DNA of 64,000 bases from a bacterium (GTDB taxonomy: Bacteria; Bacillota; Clostridia; Oscillospirales; CAG-272), in NCBI GenBank assembly GCA_963628435.1, contig CAVGEY010000013.1:471-64470 (forward strand). Direction: 5' to 3'. Shown one piece after another: positions 19,498 to 30,074 of the stretch (its first letter is position 1; every line of letters begins with the position of its first letter). Both the position numbers and the translations under genes were made by a program. Below the pieces are notes generated by a model. It saw only the letters and a list, made by a program, of their open reading frames with translations, was not told where the DNA came from and did not search any database.

Positions 19498-19506
19498 GGT
19501 GCGGTT

Positions 19507-20430
19507 ATGATATTTACACCCGAAAATTGCGATATCGGAAAAAGAATCGATTTGTTTACGGCGGAGCAGTGTGAACTCACACGCTCCGCCATTCAAAAAT
19601 TGATTGACGGCGGCAGCCTGATTGTCAATGGTAAAGCCGTTGAGAAAAATTATAAACTCAGAATCGGAGATGTGGTCGCACTTTCGGTCCCCGAACCGAA
19701 GCAGTGTGACGTTGTTGCTCAGGATATCCCGATTGACATTGTATATGAAGATAACGATATTATCGTTGTGAATAAGCCGAAGGGAATGGTCGTTCATCCG
19801 GCTCCCGGAAATCCCGACGGCACGCTTGTCAATGCACTGCTTTTTCACTGTAAGGGCAGACTTTCGGGGATAAACGGCGTTATAAGACCGGGTATTGTTC
19901 ACCGCATAGATAAAGACACAAGCGGGCTCTTGATTGTCGCAAAGAATGACGCGGCCCATATCGGACTTGCAAAGCAAATATCGGTTCATGATTTTTACAG
20001 AGAATATCAGGCGGTATGCGTCGGAAATCCGAAAAAAGACAGCGGAGATATAAATGCGCCGATAGGGAGAAACCCGACAGACCGAAAAAAGATGGCGGTT
20101 GTTGCGGACGGCAGGGAAGCACTCACCCATTATTTTACAATAACGAGATATGAGGGTTTTTGCCATTTGAAACTTGTTCTTGAAACCGGCCGTACTCATC
20201 AAATAAGAGTTCACATGTCGTCAATCGGACATCCGCTTTTCTGCGATGAAATTTACGGCGCGGGACATACTCTTCTTGAAAAAAGAATGGCGGAAGAGGT
20301 AAGAGGACAGTGCCTGCACGCAAAAAAAATCGGATTTGTGCATCCGATTACAGGGGAAAATATGTTTTTCGACAGTAACCTCCCCGATTATTTCGAAAAT
20401 GTTCTCAAACGGCTTGACGGAGGCAGATAA
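19507..20430 (+). CDS. rluD: 23S rRNA pseudouridine synthase RluD
   Basis: An S4-like N-terminus is followed by HRIDKDTSGLLIVAKN and GRTHQIRVH. Confidence 0.9.
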   Translation: MIFTPENCDIGKRIDLFTAEQCELTRSAIQKLIDGGSLIVNGKAVEKNYKLRIGDVVALSVPEPKQCDVVAQDIPIDIVYEDNDIIVVNKPKGMVVHPAPGNPDGTLVNALLFHCKGRLSGINGVIRPGIVHRIDKDTSGLLIVAKNDAAHIGLAKQISVHDFYREYQAVCVGNPKKDSGDINAPIGRNPTDRKKMAVVADGREALTHYFTITRYEGFCHLKLVLETGRTHQIRVHMSSIGHPLFCDEIYGAGHTLLEKRMAEEVRGQCLHAKKIGFVHPITGENMFFDSNLPDYFENVLKRLDGGR

Positions 20431-20431
20431 C

Positions 20432-21253
20432 TTGAAAATATTCGATACGCACGCCCATTATGACGATGAAAAATTCATGTCCGATGATGTCGATAAACTT
20501 CTTTCCGGAATGTTCGACCGAAATATTGCCGCAATAACCGGCGCCGCCGTCAATCTCGCGACATCGGAAAAACAAATCGAATTTGCCGAAAAGCATCCCG
20601 AATTTTATGCGGCAGTCGGCGTACATCCCGAAAATATATACGACGAAGGCGAAATCGAGGATACGCTTTCACGGCTTGAGAAACTTCTGCATCACCCTAA
20701 GGTTGTTGCAATCGGCGAAATCGGTCTTGATTATTATTGGGAGCAGAATCCGCCGCGTGAGATTCAAAAAGAATGGTTTCGCGCGCAGCTTGAACTGGCG
20801 GAAAAAACAGGCTTTCCCGTTATTATTCATGACAGAGAAGCACACGGGGATGTTTTCGATATTCTGTCCGAATATAAAAATATAAGCGGCGTTCTTCATT
20901 CCTGTTCCGCAAGCAGGGAAACGGTTGCGGAACTTTTGAAACGCGGATTTTATGTGTCCTTCTCGGGCGTGATTACCTATAAAAACGCTACAAGACTTGC
21001 CGATGTTGTCCGCTCTGTCCCGTCAGACCGAATACTTGTGGAAACCGATTGCCCGTACCTTTCACCTGTTCCGATGCGCGGAAAGACCAATCGTTCGGAG
21101 TATGTAGAATATACACTCAGAAAAGCGGCGGAGATTCGCGGAGAAGATCCCGAGAAACTTGCCGTGCAGACAACCGAAAACGCAATGCGGTTTTTCGGAA
21201 TAGAGAAAATCGGAGAAAATCCGATAAAGCCGGACAAATTTAAGCAAAAATAA
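20432..21253 (+). CDS. tatD: TatD family metal-dependent hydrolase
   Basis: The TTG 20432 start has GGAGG 9 nt upstream. Motifs FDTHAHY, AIGEIGLDY, IHDREAH and ETDCPYL. The ORF-track start at 20336 overlaps rluD and is rejected. Confidence 0.85.
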   Translation: MKIFDTHAHYDDEKFMSDDVDKLLSGMFDRNIAAITGAAVNLATSEKQIEFAEKHPEFYAAVGVHPENIYDEGEIEDTLSRLEKLLHHPKVVAIGEIGLDYYWEQNPPREIQKEWFRAQLELAEKTGFPVIIHDREAHGDVFDILSEYKNISGVLHSCSASRETVAELLKRGFYVSFSGVITYKNATRLADVVRSVPSDRILVETDCPYLSPVPMRGKTNRSEYVEYTLRKAAEIRGEDPEKLAVQTTENAMRFFGIEKIGENPIKPDKFKQK

Positions 21254-21255
21254 AA

Positions 21256-21287
21256 GGATCGCCCGAGGGCGATCCTAAATATTTTTA
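21256..21287. terminator. Bidirectional terminator between tatD and rpsT
   Basis: The hairpin GGATCGCC-CGAG-GGCGATCC is flanked by A-rich sequence upstream and TAAATATTTTT downstream. Confidence 0.8.
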
Positions 21288-21300
21288 TCGGTATAATCAG

Positions 21301-21576
21301 TCAGGCACCGACATTGTTGAGCATAAGCGTGAAACGGCTCTTTTTTCTTGCAGCCGTGTTTTTGTGGATTATACCCTTCGCGGCGGCCTGATCAACCTTC
21401 TTTACAGCAGCTTTGTAAAGATTTGCGGCAGCGTCTTTGTCACCGGCAGCAACGGCAGCCTGATACTTTTTGATCGTTGTCTTGTATTCGGACTTGAACA
21501 TCCTGTTGCGAAGCGCCTTGTCTTCGGAAACTCTTACGCGCTTTTTTGCGGATTTGATATTCGGCAATTTGTACAC
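21301..21576 (-). CDS. rpsT: 30S ribosomal protein S20
   Basis: PNIKSAKKRVRVSE at the N-terminus is the S20 signature. The protein is basic and about 90 aa. Confidence 0.92.
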   Translation of the reverse strand: MYKLPNIKSAKKRVRVSEDKALRNRMFKSEYKTTIKKYQAAVAAGDKDAAANLYKAAVKKVDQAAAKGIIHKNTAARKKSRFTLMLNNVGA

Positions 21577-21609
21577 CTCCTTGTGTGGAATGCTCTTTCA
21601 TACTCTGGT

Positions 21610-21638
21610 ATTTTATCATATGTTTTCGAAAAAAGCAA
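21610..21638 (-). promoter_or_regulatory. Putative sigma-A promoter of rpsT
   Basis: The minus strand reads TTGCTT-17 nt-TAAAAT with a TGn extension, about 30 nt upstream of the rpsT start. Confidence 0.55.
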
Positions 21639-21711
21639 TACTTTTTTCAAAAAAATATATAAAAATAAAGAAATTTTTTTTAATCCGAGAGAAAAAAATA
21701 AGATAAATCTC

Positions 21712-21740
21712 TTGACAGAGCAATCTTTTTGTGATAAAAT
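21712..21740 (+). promoter_or_regulatory. Putative sigma-A promoter upstream of the rpoB leader
   Basis: TTGACA-17 nt-TAAAAT with a TGn extension (GTGATAAAAT). Confidence 0.6.
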
Positions 21741-21789
21741 AATCGATACATAAAATCGGTTGATATGCCGTGAAAAATAAAGATTTTCC

Positions 21790-21830
21790 GACTTTGCCGG
21801 TAAAACGGCACAAAGTCTGCTTTATTTTCA
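21790..21830 (+). terminator. Terminator-like hairpin inside the rpoB leader (candidate attenuator or sRNA 3' end)
   Basis: GACTTTG-CCG / CGG-(CA)-CAAAGTC forms 10 bp with a 2-nt bulge. TGCTTTATTTTC follows. Confidence 0.45.
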
Positions 21831-22014
21831 ATAAAAAATCAATATTTGTATATTTTTTGATCATACCGTGATTTGGTTGATCTCAAGTGTAACGGCCACC
21901 GTTTCCCGCTTATGATTCGGCTTTAACCAGAATGCCGCAGGGGTAGGAAAACGATCGGGACACCTGAATTATTCAAATCGGGTATGGTCGTTTGTTTTGA
22001 ATGGAGGATTGCAT

Positions 22015-25000
22015 ATGGTCAGCCCAGTGAAGCTCGGTAAAACCGAACGAATGAGTTTCCACCAAATTGACGACATTCTCGAGATGCCCGATTTGCTCGA
22101 AGTTCAGAAGAAATCCTACAAATGGTTTCTCGATAAAGGACTTCGCGAAGTATTGAAGGACGTTTCTCCCATCGTTGATTATTCGGGAAATATTTCGATT
22201 GAATTTCTCGACTATTCGCTTGATACCGCTCCCAAATATCCCGAAGAGGAATGCAAAGAAAGAGACGTAAACTATGAAGCACCGCTTCATGTAAAAGTTC
22301 GGCTCCACAACAAAAATACCGATGAAGTAATTGTCAAAGACGTTTATGTCGGCAATTTCCCGCTTATGACCGAAAACGGCACATTTGTTATCAACGGCGC
22401 CGAACGTGTTATAGTTTCGCAGATTGTAAGATCTCCCGGAATGTATTATGATTCGGCAATAGATAAATCGGGAAAACGCGTTTATACCGCAACCGTAATT
22501 CCGTACCGCGGCGCATGGCTCGAATATGAAACCGATGCGAACGACGTGTTCGGCGTCCGTATCGATAAGAACCGCAAAATTCCGGTTACCATATTCCTGA
22601 GAGCTCTCGGACTCGGCGAAGATAGGGCAATAACCGATCTTTTCGGCGAAGATATAAAGATTAAGAATACTCTCGAAAAAGACGGAATGAATGCCGAAGC
22701 ACAGAAAAACGGCTCAACCGCCGAAGAAGAGGCACTTAAAGAAATTTACCGTAAACTTCGCCCGGGTGAACCTCCGCTTGTCGAATCGGCACAGACGCTG
22801 ATACACAATATGTTCTTCGATCCCAAGCGTTATGACCTTGCTCCCGTCGGAAGATTCAAGTTCAATAAGAAAATGAGCCTTGCCGGAAGAATCGAGGGCA
22901 AAACTCTTACAAGACCTGCTTTTTCGGTTACCGGAGAATATCTTTACGATGAAGGAACGGTTATAACTTCCGAAATCGCAAAAGATATTGATTTCAAAGG
23001 TGCAAATGAAGTCTATGTCTCGGTTGAAGAAGGTACTCAGGAACTTAAGGTATTTTCAAACGGTACCGTATATCCCGAAGCGGTTCTCGGATATGATCTT
23101 AAGGAAATCGGCATAAATGAAAAAGTCGATTATGAAAAACTTTCAAAGATTATAGAAGATTTCGGCGATCAGGGCAAAGAGGCTGTGATTGCCGAATGTG
23201 AAAGACAGATTGACCTGCTTGTTCCGAAGCATATAACCAAATCCGATATATATGCGTCAATCAACTATCTTATCTGCCTGTCGCATGACTGCGGTAATAT
23301 CGATGATATCGACCATCTCGGAAACCGCCGTCTGCGTTCGGTCGGCGAACTTCTTCAGAATCAGCTCCGTATCGGATTCACCCGTATGGATAAGATTGTC
23401 AAGGAGAGAATGACCGTTCAGGACAGCGAATCGCTCTCACCCGAAAATCTTATAAATATCCGCCCGATTACAACGGCAATCCGTGATTTCTTCGGTTCTT
23501 CACCGCTTTCGCAGTTCATGGACCAGAACAACCCGCTTGCCGAACTTACTCATAAACGCCGTCTGTCGGCGCTCGGCCCCGGCGGTCTGTCGCGTGACCG
23601 CGCTTCGTTCGAAGTCCGTGACGTTCATTATACTCATTACGGACGTATGTGTCCTATCGAGACACCCGAAGGTCCTAATATCGGACTTATATCCTATCTC
23701 GCATCCTATGCCAGAATCAATGATTACGGCTTTATTGAGGCTCCCTTCCGCAGAATAGATAAAACAACCGGACAGGTTACCAATGAGGTTGTCTATATGA
23801 CTGCCGATGTTGAAGATAACTATGTTGTTGCACAGGCGAACGAGCCTCTTGATGAAAACAACCGCTTCGTAAACCGTAAGGTCGCATCCCGCCACCGTAA
23901 CGAAATTCTTGAAGTTGACGCGTCAAAGCCCGACTTTATGGATGTATCCCCGCGAATGGTTGTGTCTGTCGCAACTTCTTTCATTCCTTTCCTTGACCAC
24001 GATGACAACGCCCGCGCACTTATGGGATCGAACATGCAGAAGCAGGCAGTCCCGCTGATGGTGAACGAAGCTCCTATCGTCGCAACCGGTATCGAACATA
24101 AAGCCGCCGTCGACTCGGGAGTTGTTGTCGTTGCCAGAAACTCCGGTACTGTTCAGCGTGTTACCGCCGATCAGATTGTCATTAAAACAGATGACGGCAA
24201 GACCGACGCCTACACTCTTCTTAAATTCAAACGTTCCAACCAGGGTACATGTATCAACCAGCGTCCGATTGTAGACGAGGGCGAATATGTAAATAAAGGC
24301 GATGTTATTGCCGACGGCCCCGCAACAGATCACGGCGAGATTTCGCTCGGAAAGAACCCGCTTATCGGATTTATGACATGGGAAGGTTATAACTACGAGG
24401 ACGCGGTCCTTCTTAATGAAAGACTTGTACGCGATGACGTATATACCTCCATTCATATTGAAGAATATTCCCATGAAGCCCGTGATACGAAACTCGGTCC
24501 GGAAGAGATAACACGTGAAATCCCGAATGTCGGCGAAGATGCCAAGAAGGATCTTGATGCCGACGGTATCGTGCGTAAGGGAAGCGAAGTCCGCGCAGGC
24601 GATATCCTTGTCGGTAAGGTAACTCCCAAAGGAGAAACCGAACTCACCGCAGAAGAAAGACTTCTCCGTGCGATTTTCGGTGAAAAGGCAAGAGAAGTCC
24701 GCGATACATCGCTCAGACTGCCTCACGGCGAATCGGGTATCGTTGTCGATATCAAGATATTCTCGCGTGAAAACGGCGACAGCGATCTCGCGCCCGGCGT
24801 AAATAAAGTCGTACGCGTCTATATCGCACAGAAACGTAAGATTTCGGTCGGAGATAAAATGGCGGGCCGCCACGGAAATAAAGGTGTCGTTTCGAGAATA
24901 CTTCCTCCCGAAGATATGCCTTTCCTTCCCGACGGTACACCGCTTGACATTGTGCTTAACCCTATGGGCGTGCCTTCGCGTATGAATATAGGACAGGTTC

Positions 25001-25896
25001 TCGAAGTTCATCTCGGAATTGCCGCGAGACGTCTCGGATATAAGGTTATGACACCCGTGTTTGACGGCGCAACCTATGAAGATATCATGGAATGGCAGAG
25101 AAAAGCCGGTCTGTATAGAGATGTCCTCCCGGTTGACCGTATAACCACGTCAAAGACATACTATACTTGCGAAAAAGATCCCGAAACCGGAAAACTCACC
25201 TATAAAGAATTCGATGTATCGGATAAGAGCACCGAAGAGCTGAATAAAATGGTTGAAAATCATGAGCTCAAGATTTGCGACGGCAAATCGGTTCTTTATG
25301 ACGGACGTACCGGAAAACAGTTTGATAACCCCGTAACAGTCGGTATCATGTACTATCTTAAGCTCCACCATCTTGTTGACGATAAGATTCACGCACGTTC
25401 AACAGGACCGTACTCTCTCGTTACACAGCAGCCTCTCGGCGGTAAAGCCCAGTTCGGCGGCCAGCGTTTCGGAGAAATGGAAGTCTGGGCACTCGAAGCT
25501 TACGGCGCGGCATATACCCTTCAGGAAATCCTCACAGTCAAGTCTGACGACGTAACCGGCAGAGTAAAAGCCTATGAGGCTATTGTCAAGGGACAGAATA
25601 TCCCGACACCCGGCGTTCCCGCATCCTTTAAGGTTCTTGTCAAGGAACTTCAGTCTCTCTGCCTTGATGTCCGCGTACTTGATAAAGAGGGCAAGGAAAT
25701 CGATTTGTCGACTATCGGTATGGAAGATGAACTCGCAAGCACCATTTCCGAAGATGAAGTCGGCGAAACTGTCGCAACAGAAGAGATGTTCAATAAAACA
25801 TTTGACGGAGATGACCCCGACGCCGACATAATTGACGACAGCAGTTACGGCGACGACAGCACGGACGATGACTCCGACTTTGACGATGAAATGTAA
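22015..25896 (+). CDS. rpoB: DNA-directed RNA polymerase subunit beta
   Basis: GGAGG lies 7 nt before ATG 22015. Conserved blocks include [42 protein letters not shown] and [24 protein letters not shown]. The C-terminal tail is acidic. Confidence 0.98.
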   Translation: MVSPVKLGKTERMSFHQIDDILEMPDLLEVQKKSYKWFLDKGLREVLKDVSPIVDYSGNISIEFLDYSLDTAPKYPEEECKERDVNYEAPLHVKVRLHNKNTDEVIVKDVYVGNFPLMTENGTFVINGAERVIVSQIVRSPGMYYDSAIDKSGKRVYTATVIPYRGAWLEYETDANDVFGVRIDKNRKIPVTIFLRALGLGEDRAITDLFGEDIKIKNTLEKDGMNAEAQKNGSTAEEEALKEIYRKLRPGEPPLVESAQTLIHNMFFDPKRYDLAPVGRFKFNKKMSLAGRIEGKTLTRPAFSVTGEYLYDEGTVITSEIAKDIDFKGANEVYVSVEEGTQELKVFSNGTVYPEAVLGYDLKEIGINEKVDYEKLSKIIEDFGDQGKEAVIAECERQIDLLVPKHITKSDIYASINYLICLSHDCGNIDDIDHLGNRRLRSVGELLQNQLRIGFTRMDKIVKERMTVQDSESLSPENLINIRPITTAIRDFFGSSPLSQFMDQNNPLAELTHKRRLSALGPGGLSRDRASFEVRDVHYTHYGRMCPIETPEGPNIGLISYLASYARINDYGFIEAPFRRIDKTTGQVTNEVVYMTADVEDNYVVAQANEPLDENNRFVNRKVASRHRNEILEVDASKPDFMDVSPRMVVSVATSFIPFLDHDDNARALMGSNMQKQAVPLMVNEAPIVATGIEHKAAVDSGVVVVARNSGTVQRVTADQIVIKTDDGKTDAYTLLKFKRSNQGTCINQRPIVDEGEYVNKGDVIADGPATDHGEISLGKNPLIGFMTWEGYNYEDAVLLNERLVRDDVYTSIHIEEYSHEARDTKLGPEEITREIPNVGEDAKKDLDADGIVRKGSEVRAGDILVGKVTPKGETELTAEERLLRAIFGEKAREVRDTSLRLPHGESGIVVDIKIFSRENGDSDLAPGVNKVVRVYIAQKRKISVGDKMAGRHGNKGVVSRILPPEDMPFLPDGTPLDIVLNPMGVPSRMNIGQVLEVHLGIAARRLGYKVMTPVFDGATYEDIMEWQRKAGLYRDVLPVDRITTSKTYYTCEKDPETGKLTYKEFDVSDKSTEELNKMVENHELKICDGKSVLYDGRTGKQFDNPVTVGIMYYLKLHHLVDDKIHARSTGPYSLVTQQPLGGKAQFGGQRFGEMEVWALEAYGAAYTLQEILTVKSDDVTGRVKAYEAIVKGQNIPTPGVPASFKVLVKELQSLCLDVRVLDKEGKEIDLSTIGMEDELASTISEDEVGETVATEEMFNKTFDGDDPDADIIDDSSYGDDSTDDDSDFDDEM

Positions 25897-25913
25897 GATA
25901 GGAGAGAATGTAT

Positions 25914-28900
25914 ATGGAAGATAATCAGTTTGCCTCTATCAGGATCGGACTTGCGTCTCCCGAAATGATTCGCAGCTGGTCTTACGGCGAAGTTAAAAGG
26001 CCCGAAACGATTAACTACCGTACGCTGAAGCCGGAACGTGACGGTCTGTTCTGCGAAAGAATATTCGGCCCTACAAAGGACTGGGAATGTCTTTGCGGAA
26101 AATATAAGAGAGTTCACTACGCCAATAAGAAATGTGAAAAGTGCGGAGTCGACGTAACCACGAAAAAGGTTCGCCGCGAACGTATGGGACATATCGAACT
26201 CGCAACACCCGTATCCCATATATGGTATTTCCGCGCAATCCCGTCTAAAATGGGAACACTTCTCGATATGTCGCCTCGCGCACTCGAAAAAGTGCTCTAC
26301 TATGCAAGCTATATAGTTATCGATCCCGGTGATTCAAACCTTGCAAAATTTGACCTTCTCACCGAAGCTCAGTATAAGGATGCCCTTGAGCGTTACGGCG
26401 ATGATTTTAAGGTCGGTATGGGTGCTGCCGCAATCAAAGAACTTCTTCATGAACTTGATATAGATGCGCTTTCCGCGCAGCTTAAAGATGAGCTTCGCAA
26501 CGCAACCGGTCAGAAGAAAGCCAAGGTTATTAAGCGCCTTGAAGTTGTTGAATCGTTCCGTAAGTCGGGAAATAAGCCCGAATGGATGATTCTTGATGTC
26601 ATTCCCGTCATTCCTCCGGATATTCGTCCTATGGTACAGCTTGACGGCGGACGCTTTGCCACATCCGACCTTAACGACCTTTACAGAAGAGTTATATACA
26701 GAAACAATAATCTTAAAAAGCTGATTGAACTTCGCGCTCCCGAAATCATTATTCGTAACGAGCGCAGAATGATTCAGGAAGCCGTTGATGCCCTGATTGA
26801 TAACGGAAAGCGCGGCAAGCCTGTAACAGGCCCGTCCAACCGTCCGTTCAAATCACTTTCCGAAATGCTCCGCGGTAAGCAGGGACGCTTCCGTCAGAAC
26901 CTTCTCGGTAAGCGTGTCGACTATTCGGGACGTTCGGTTATCGTTGTCGGTCCTGAACTTAAAATATATCAGTGCGGTCTTCCTAAGGAAATGGCACTTG
27001 AGCTGTTCAAACCGTTCGTAATGAAACGTCTTGTCGAAACTCAGAAGGCCAACAATATTAAGGACGCCAAGAAAAAGGTCGAGAGAGTCGATAACGATGT
27101 TTGGGACGCACTCGAAATCGTAATTAAGGAGCATCCCGTTCTCCTTAACCGTGCACCTACACTTCACAGACTTTCAATTCAGGCATTCGAGCCGATACTT
27201 GTAGAGGGCAGAGCAATTAAGCTGCATCCTCTGGTATGTACCGCGTTCAACGCCGACTTCGACGGTGACCAGATGCCTGTACACGTGCCGCTTTCAAATG
27301 AGGCGCAGGCCGAAGCGAGATTCCTTATGCTTTCGGCAAATAACCTGCTGAAACCCGCCGACGGTAAAGCCGTTGCCGTTCCTACGCAGGATATGATTCT
27401 CGGTTCATATTATCTTACGATTGACCGCGCCGGTGAAAAAGGCGAGGGACATGTCTACCGCGATATGGACGAGGTCGAGATGGCCTATGAAGCAGGCAAT
27501 GTCGGACTTCACGCACCGATTAAAGTTCGTGTTACAAGAGAGATCAACGGCGAGACGGTATCGAAGCTCGTTGATGCAACATACGGACGCCTTATATTCA
27601 ATAAATTCATTCCTCAGGACCTCGGATATGTAGACAGATCCGATCCGGAACGCATCTGCGATCTTGAGATTATGTTTACCTGCGGAAAGAAGCAGATCGG
27701 TGATATAATCAACAGAACGATTAAACTTCACGGTGCTTCGGTAACTGCGGAAGTACTTGACCATATCAAATCGACCGGTTATAAATATTCGACTCTCGCA
27801 TCGATTTCGATAGCAGTGTCCGACGTTGAGGTATCGCCTAAGAAAGACGAGCTTATCGCCGAATCGGATAAGCAGGTCGAGGTCATTCATGAACACTTCC
27901 TGCGCGGTGAACTTACCGAGGATGAACGCTATAAGAGCGTTATGAATATTTGGGATCAGGCAACAAAACAGGTTGTCGAAATCATCAAAGATTCGTTCGA
28001 CCGCTATAACCCGATTAAGATGATGGCGGATTCGGGCGCCCGTGGTAATATGACGCAGATGAGACAGCTCGCAGGTATGCGTGGTATCATGTCTGCCGCA
28101 TCCGGACGTGCAAGCGAACTTCCTATTAAATCAAACTTCCGCGAAGGTCTTAATATACTCGAATACTTCCTTGCCGCGCGCGGAGCACGTAAGGCACTGT
28201 CGGATACCGCACTTCGTACCGCCGACTCGGGTTACCTTACACGTCGTCTTGTCGACGTAGCACAGGATATTATCATCCGTGAGGAAAACTGCAATACCAC
28301 AAAGGGAATGACAGTCCGCGAAATCAAGGACGGCGACAGCACTCTCGAAAAGCTCTCCGAAAGACTTCTCGGCAGATATACACTGCATGATGTTGTCGAT
28401 CCCGCTACCGGCGAAGTTCTTGTCGAGGCCGATACGATGATGAATGAGGCAGAGGTCAATAAGATTCTTGCCGCAGGCATAACCGAGGTTGAAATAAGAA
28501 CGGTTCTTCAGTGTAAGTGTAAATACGGCGTATGCTCGCATTGCTACGGTATGGACCTTGCGACAACAAACAAGGTCAATGTCGGTGAGGCTGTCGGTAT
28601 CGTTGCCGCTCAGTCTATCGGTGAACCCGGTACACAGCTTACGATGAGAAACTTCCACACCGGCGGTGTTGCTTCCGCATCCGATATTACACAGGGTCTG
28701 CCCCGTGTCGAGGAACTGTTTGAGGCAAGACGTCCGAAGAAGACATCTGTTGCCGCCGATATTGACGGTAATGTATCGATTGCCGATGACAAGAACGGAA
28801 AAGCTAAAAAAGTTACTCTCACAAATCCCGTTACAAGCGAAAATGTTTCCTACTCAATTCCCAACGGTACACGTCTTATCGTAAAAGAAGGCGATTATGT

Positions 28901-29465
28901 TGTTCACGGCGATGCTATTACAGAGGGCAGCATGAGCCTCGCGGATATCACGAGAATCAACGGACTTGATGAGGCTTATGACTATCTTATCAGAGAAGTC
29001 CAGAAGGTTTACCGTCTGCAATCTGTTGATATCAACGATAAGCATATCGAAGTTATCGCACGTCAGATGACAAGAAAGTGCCGCGTCGAAAGTTCGGGAG
29101 ACACCGAATTCCTCGAAGGATCGCTTGTCGATCTTATCGAGTTTGAGAATACAAACGAAGAACTGCAGAAGAGAATTGACGCAGGTGAGCGTGATCTCTG
29201 CCTTGCAAAGGCTTCGCCCGTACTTCTCGGTATTACGAAGGCAGCTCTTCAGACAGAGTCCTTCCTCTCGGCCGCATCCTTCCAGGAAACAACCAAGGTG
29301 CTTACCGAAGCGGCGATTGCCGGAAAGGTCGATCACCTTGTCGGTCTTAAGGAAAATGTTATCATCGGTAAACTCATTCCCGCGGGAACGGGTATGGAAC
29401 GTTACCGCGACATCGAGGTAGAACGCGCCGAATCGGCACCGACATCATTAGGTGAAGCAGAATAA
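25914..29465 (+). CDS. rpoC: DNA-directed RNA polymerase subunit beta'
   Basis: Carries the Zn motif CLCGKYK...CEKCG, the NADFDGDQM catalytic loop and RHGASV-type blocks. AGGAGA lies 8 nt before ATG 25914. Confidence 0.98.
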   Translation: MEDNQFASIRIGLASPEMIRSWSYGEVKRPETINYRTLKPERDGLFCERIFGPTKDWECLCGKYKRVHYANKKCEKCGVDVTTKKVRRERMGHIELATPVSHIWYFRAIPSKMGTLLDMSPRALEKVLYYASYIVIDPGDSNLAKFDLLTEAQYKDALERYGDDFKVGMGAAAIKELLHELDIDALSAQLKDELRNATGQKKAKVIKRLEVVESFRKSGNKPEWMILDVIPVIPPDIRPMVQLDGGRFATSDLNDLYRRVIYRNNNLKKLIELRAPEIIIRNERRMIQEAVDALIDNGKRGKPVTGPSNRPFKSLSEMLRGKQGRFRQNLLGKRVDYSGRSVIVVGPELKIYQCGLPKEMALELFKPFVMKRLVETQKANNIKDAKKKVERVDNDVWDALEIVIKEHPVLLNRAPTLHRLSIQAFEPILVEGRAIKLHPLVCTAFNADFDGDQMPVHVPLSNEAQAEARFLMLSANNLLKPADGKAVAVPTQDMILGSYYLTIDRAGEKGEGHVYRDMDEVEMAYEAGNVGLHAPIKVRVTREINGETVSKLVDATYGRLIFNKFIPQDLGYVDRSDPERICDLEIMFTCGKKQIGDIINRTIKLHGASVTAEVLDHIKSTGYKYSTLASISIAVSDVEVSPKKDELIAESDKQVEVIHEHFLRGELTEDERYKSVMNIWDQATKQVVEIIKDSFDRYNPIKMMADSGARGNMTQMRQLAGMRGIMSAASGRASELPIKSNFREGLNILEYFLAARGARKALSDTALRTADSGYLTRRLVDVAQDIIIREENCNTTKGMTVREIKDGDSTLEKLSERLLGRYTLHDVVDPATGEVLVEADTMMNEAEVNKILAAGITEVEIRTVLQCKCKYGVCSHCYGMDLATTNKVNVGEAVGIVAAQSIGEPGTQLTMRNFHTGGVASASDITQGLPRVEELFEARRPKKTSVAADIDGNVSIADDKNGKAKKVTLTNPVTSENVSYSIPNGTRLIVKEGDYVVHGDAITEGSMSLADITRINGLDEAYDYLIREVQKVYRLQSVDINDKHIEVIARQMTRKCRVESSGDTEFLEGSLVDLIEFENTNEELQKRIDAGERDLCLAKASPVLLGITKAALQTESFLSAASFQETTKVLTEAAIAGKVDHLVGLKENVIIGKLIPAGTGMERYRDIEVERAESAPTSLGEAE

Positions 29466-29473
29466 AATTTAGA

Positions 29474-29510
29474 TTTATGCCCGACAGTCGACTGTCGGGC
29501 ATAAATTTTT
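29474..29510 (+). terminator. rpoC terminator
   Basis: The near-perfect palindrome TTTATGCCCGACAGT-CG-ACTGTCGGGCATAAA is followed by TTTTT. Confidence 0.9.
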
Positions 29511-29595
29511 CGGAAAAAGTCGAAATAAAGTGAAAAATTATTCATAACAACGATTGTTATGCGAAAAATATCCGTAATATTGTCGAAATTAACGA

Positions 29596-29624
29596 TTGAC
29601 ACAAATGATTTGGTGTGGTATACT
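29596..29624 (+). promoter_or_regulatory. Putative sigma-A promoter of the small membrane-protein gene
   Basis: TTGACA-17 nt-TATACT with a TGn extension. Confidence 0.6.
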
Positions 29625-29666
29625 TAGTCAAAATCAATTATGAACATTTCGGAAGGAGAAAAGAGC

Positions 29667-29957
29667 ATGAGTACATCAATGCAGAGCATGAATTCAACAA
29701 ATCGTATGTCGTCTTTTGCATGTGAATGTGCGAAGGCTTTTTCTGCCTGCTCTTTTTCATCCGAAAAGAATATATCTCTTGTGGACATTCGCATTGCGGT
29801 GTCCGCTTTTTTTGTGCTTGTGCTTGCTCTCGTCTGCCTGCTCGCACCTGTGATTTCGCGTATTGTTGTCATAATTATAGCATCCGTCATTATTCTAATT
29901 ACGAAAACAACTGAAAACGGCAAATTGATTTCGTCAGTCAGCCTACCGATAAATTAA
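29667..29957 (+). CDS. Small hypothetical two-TM protein with Cys-rich N-terminal segment
   Basis: GGAAGGAG lies 8 nt before ATG 29667. The 96-aa product has an S/M/N-rich N-terminus and an FACECAKAFSACSF segment, followed by two hydrophobic helices. The gene has its own promoter and terminator. Confidence 0.55.
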   Translation: MSTSMQSMNSTNRMSSFACECAKAFSACSFSSEKNISLVDIRIAVSAFFVLVLALVCLLAPVISRIVVIIIASVIILITKTTENGKLISSVSLPIN

Positions 29958-29973
29958 ATGTGTAGACAATGAT

Positions 29974-30006
29974 ATGCGGTTTGCCGAAGGCAGACCGCAT
30001 TTTTAA
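29974..30006 (+). terminator. Terminator of the small membrane-protein gene
   Basis: ATGCGGTTTGCC-GAA-GGCAGACCGCAT is followed by TTTTAATT. Confidence 0.8.
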
Positions 30007-30074
30007 TTATCTGTTTATTTTTGACCGATTGGTCTTAAAATAAAATTTATCTAAAATTGCAAAGGAGAAAAAAG

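Noticed and set aside
19012-20214. 400-aa ORF on the minus strand spanning lspA and rluD
   Set aside because: It is entirely antisense to two genes with unmistakable family motifs. Its translation is low-complexity and R/C/F/I-rich, with no recognisable motif or RBS. It is a typical shadow ORF.
23923-25011. 362-aa minus-strand ORF inside rpoB
   Set aside because: It is antisense to the most conserved part of rpoB. Its composition is not protein-like and it has no start context. It is a shadow ORF.
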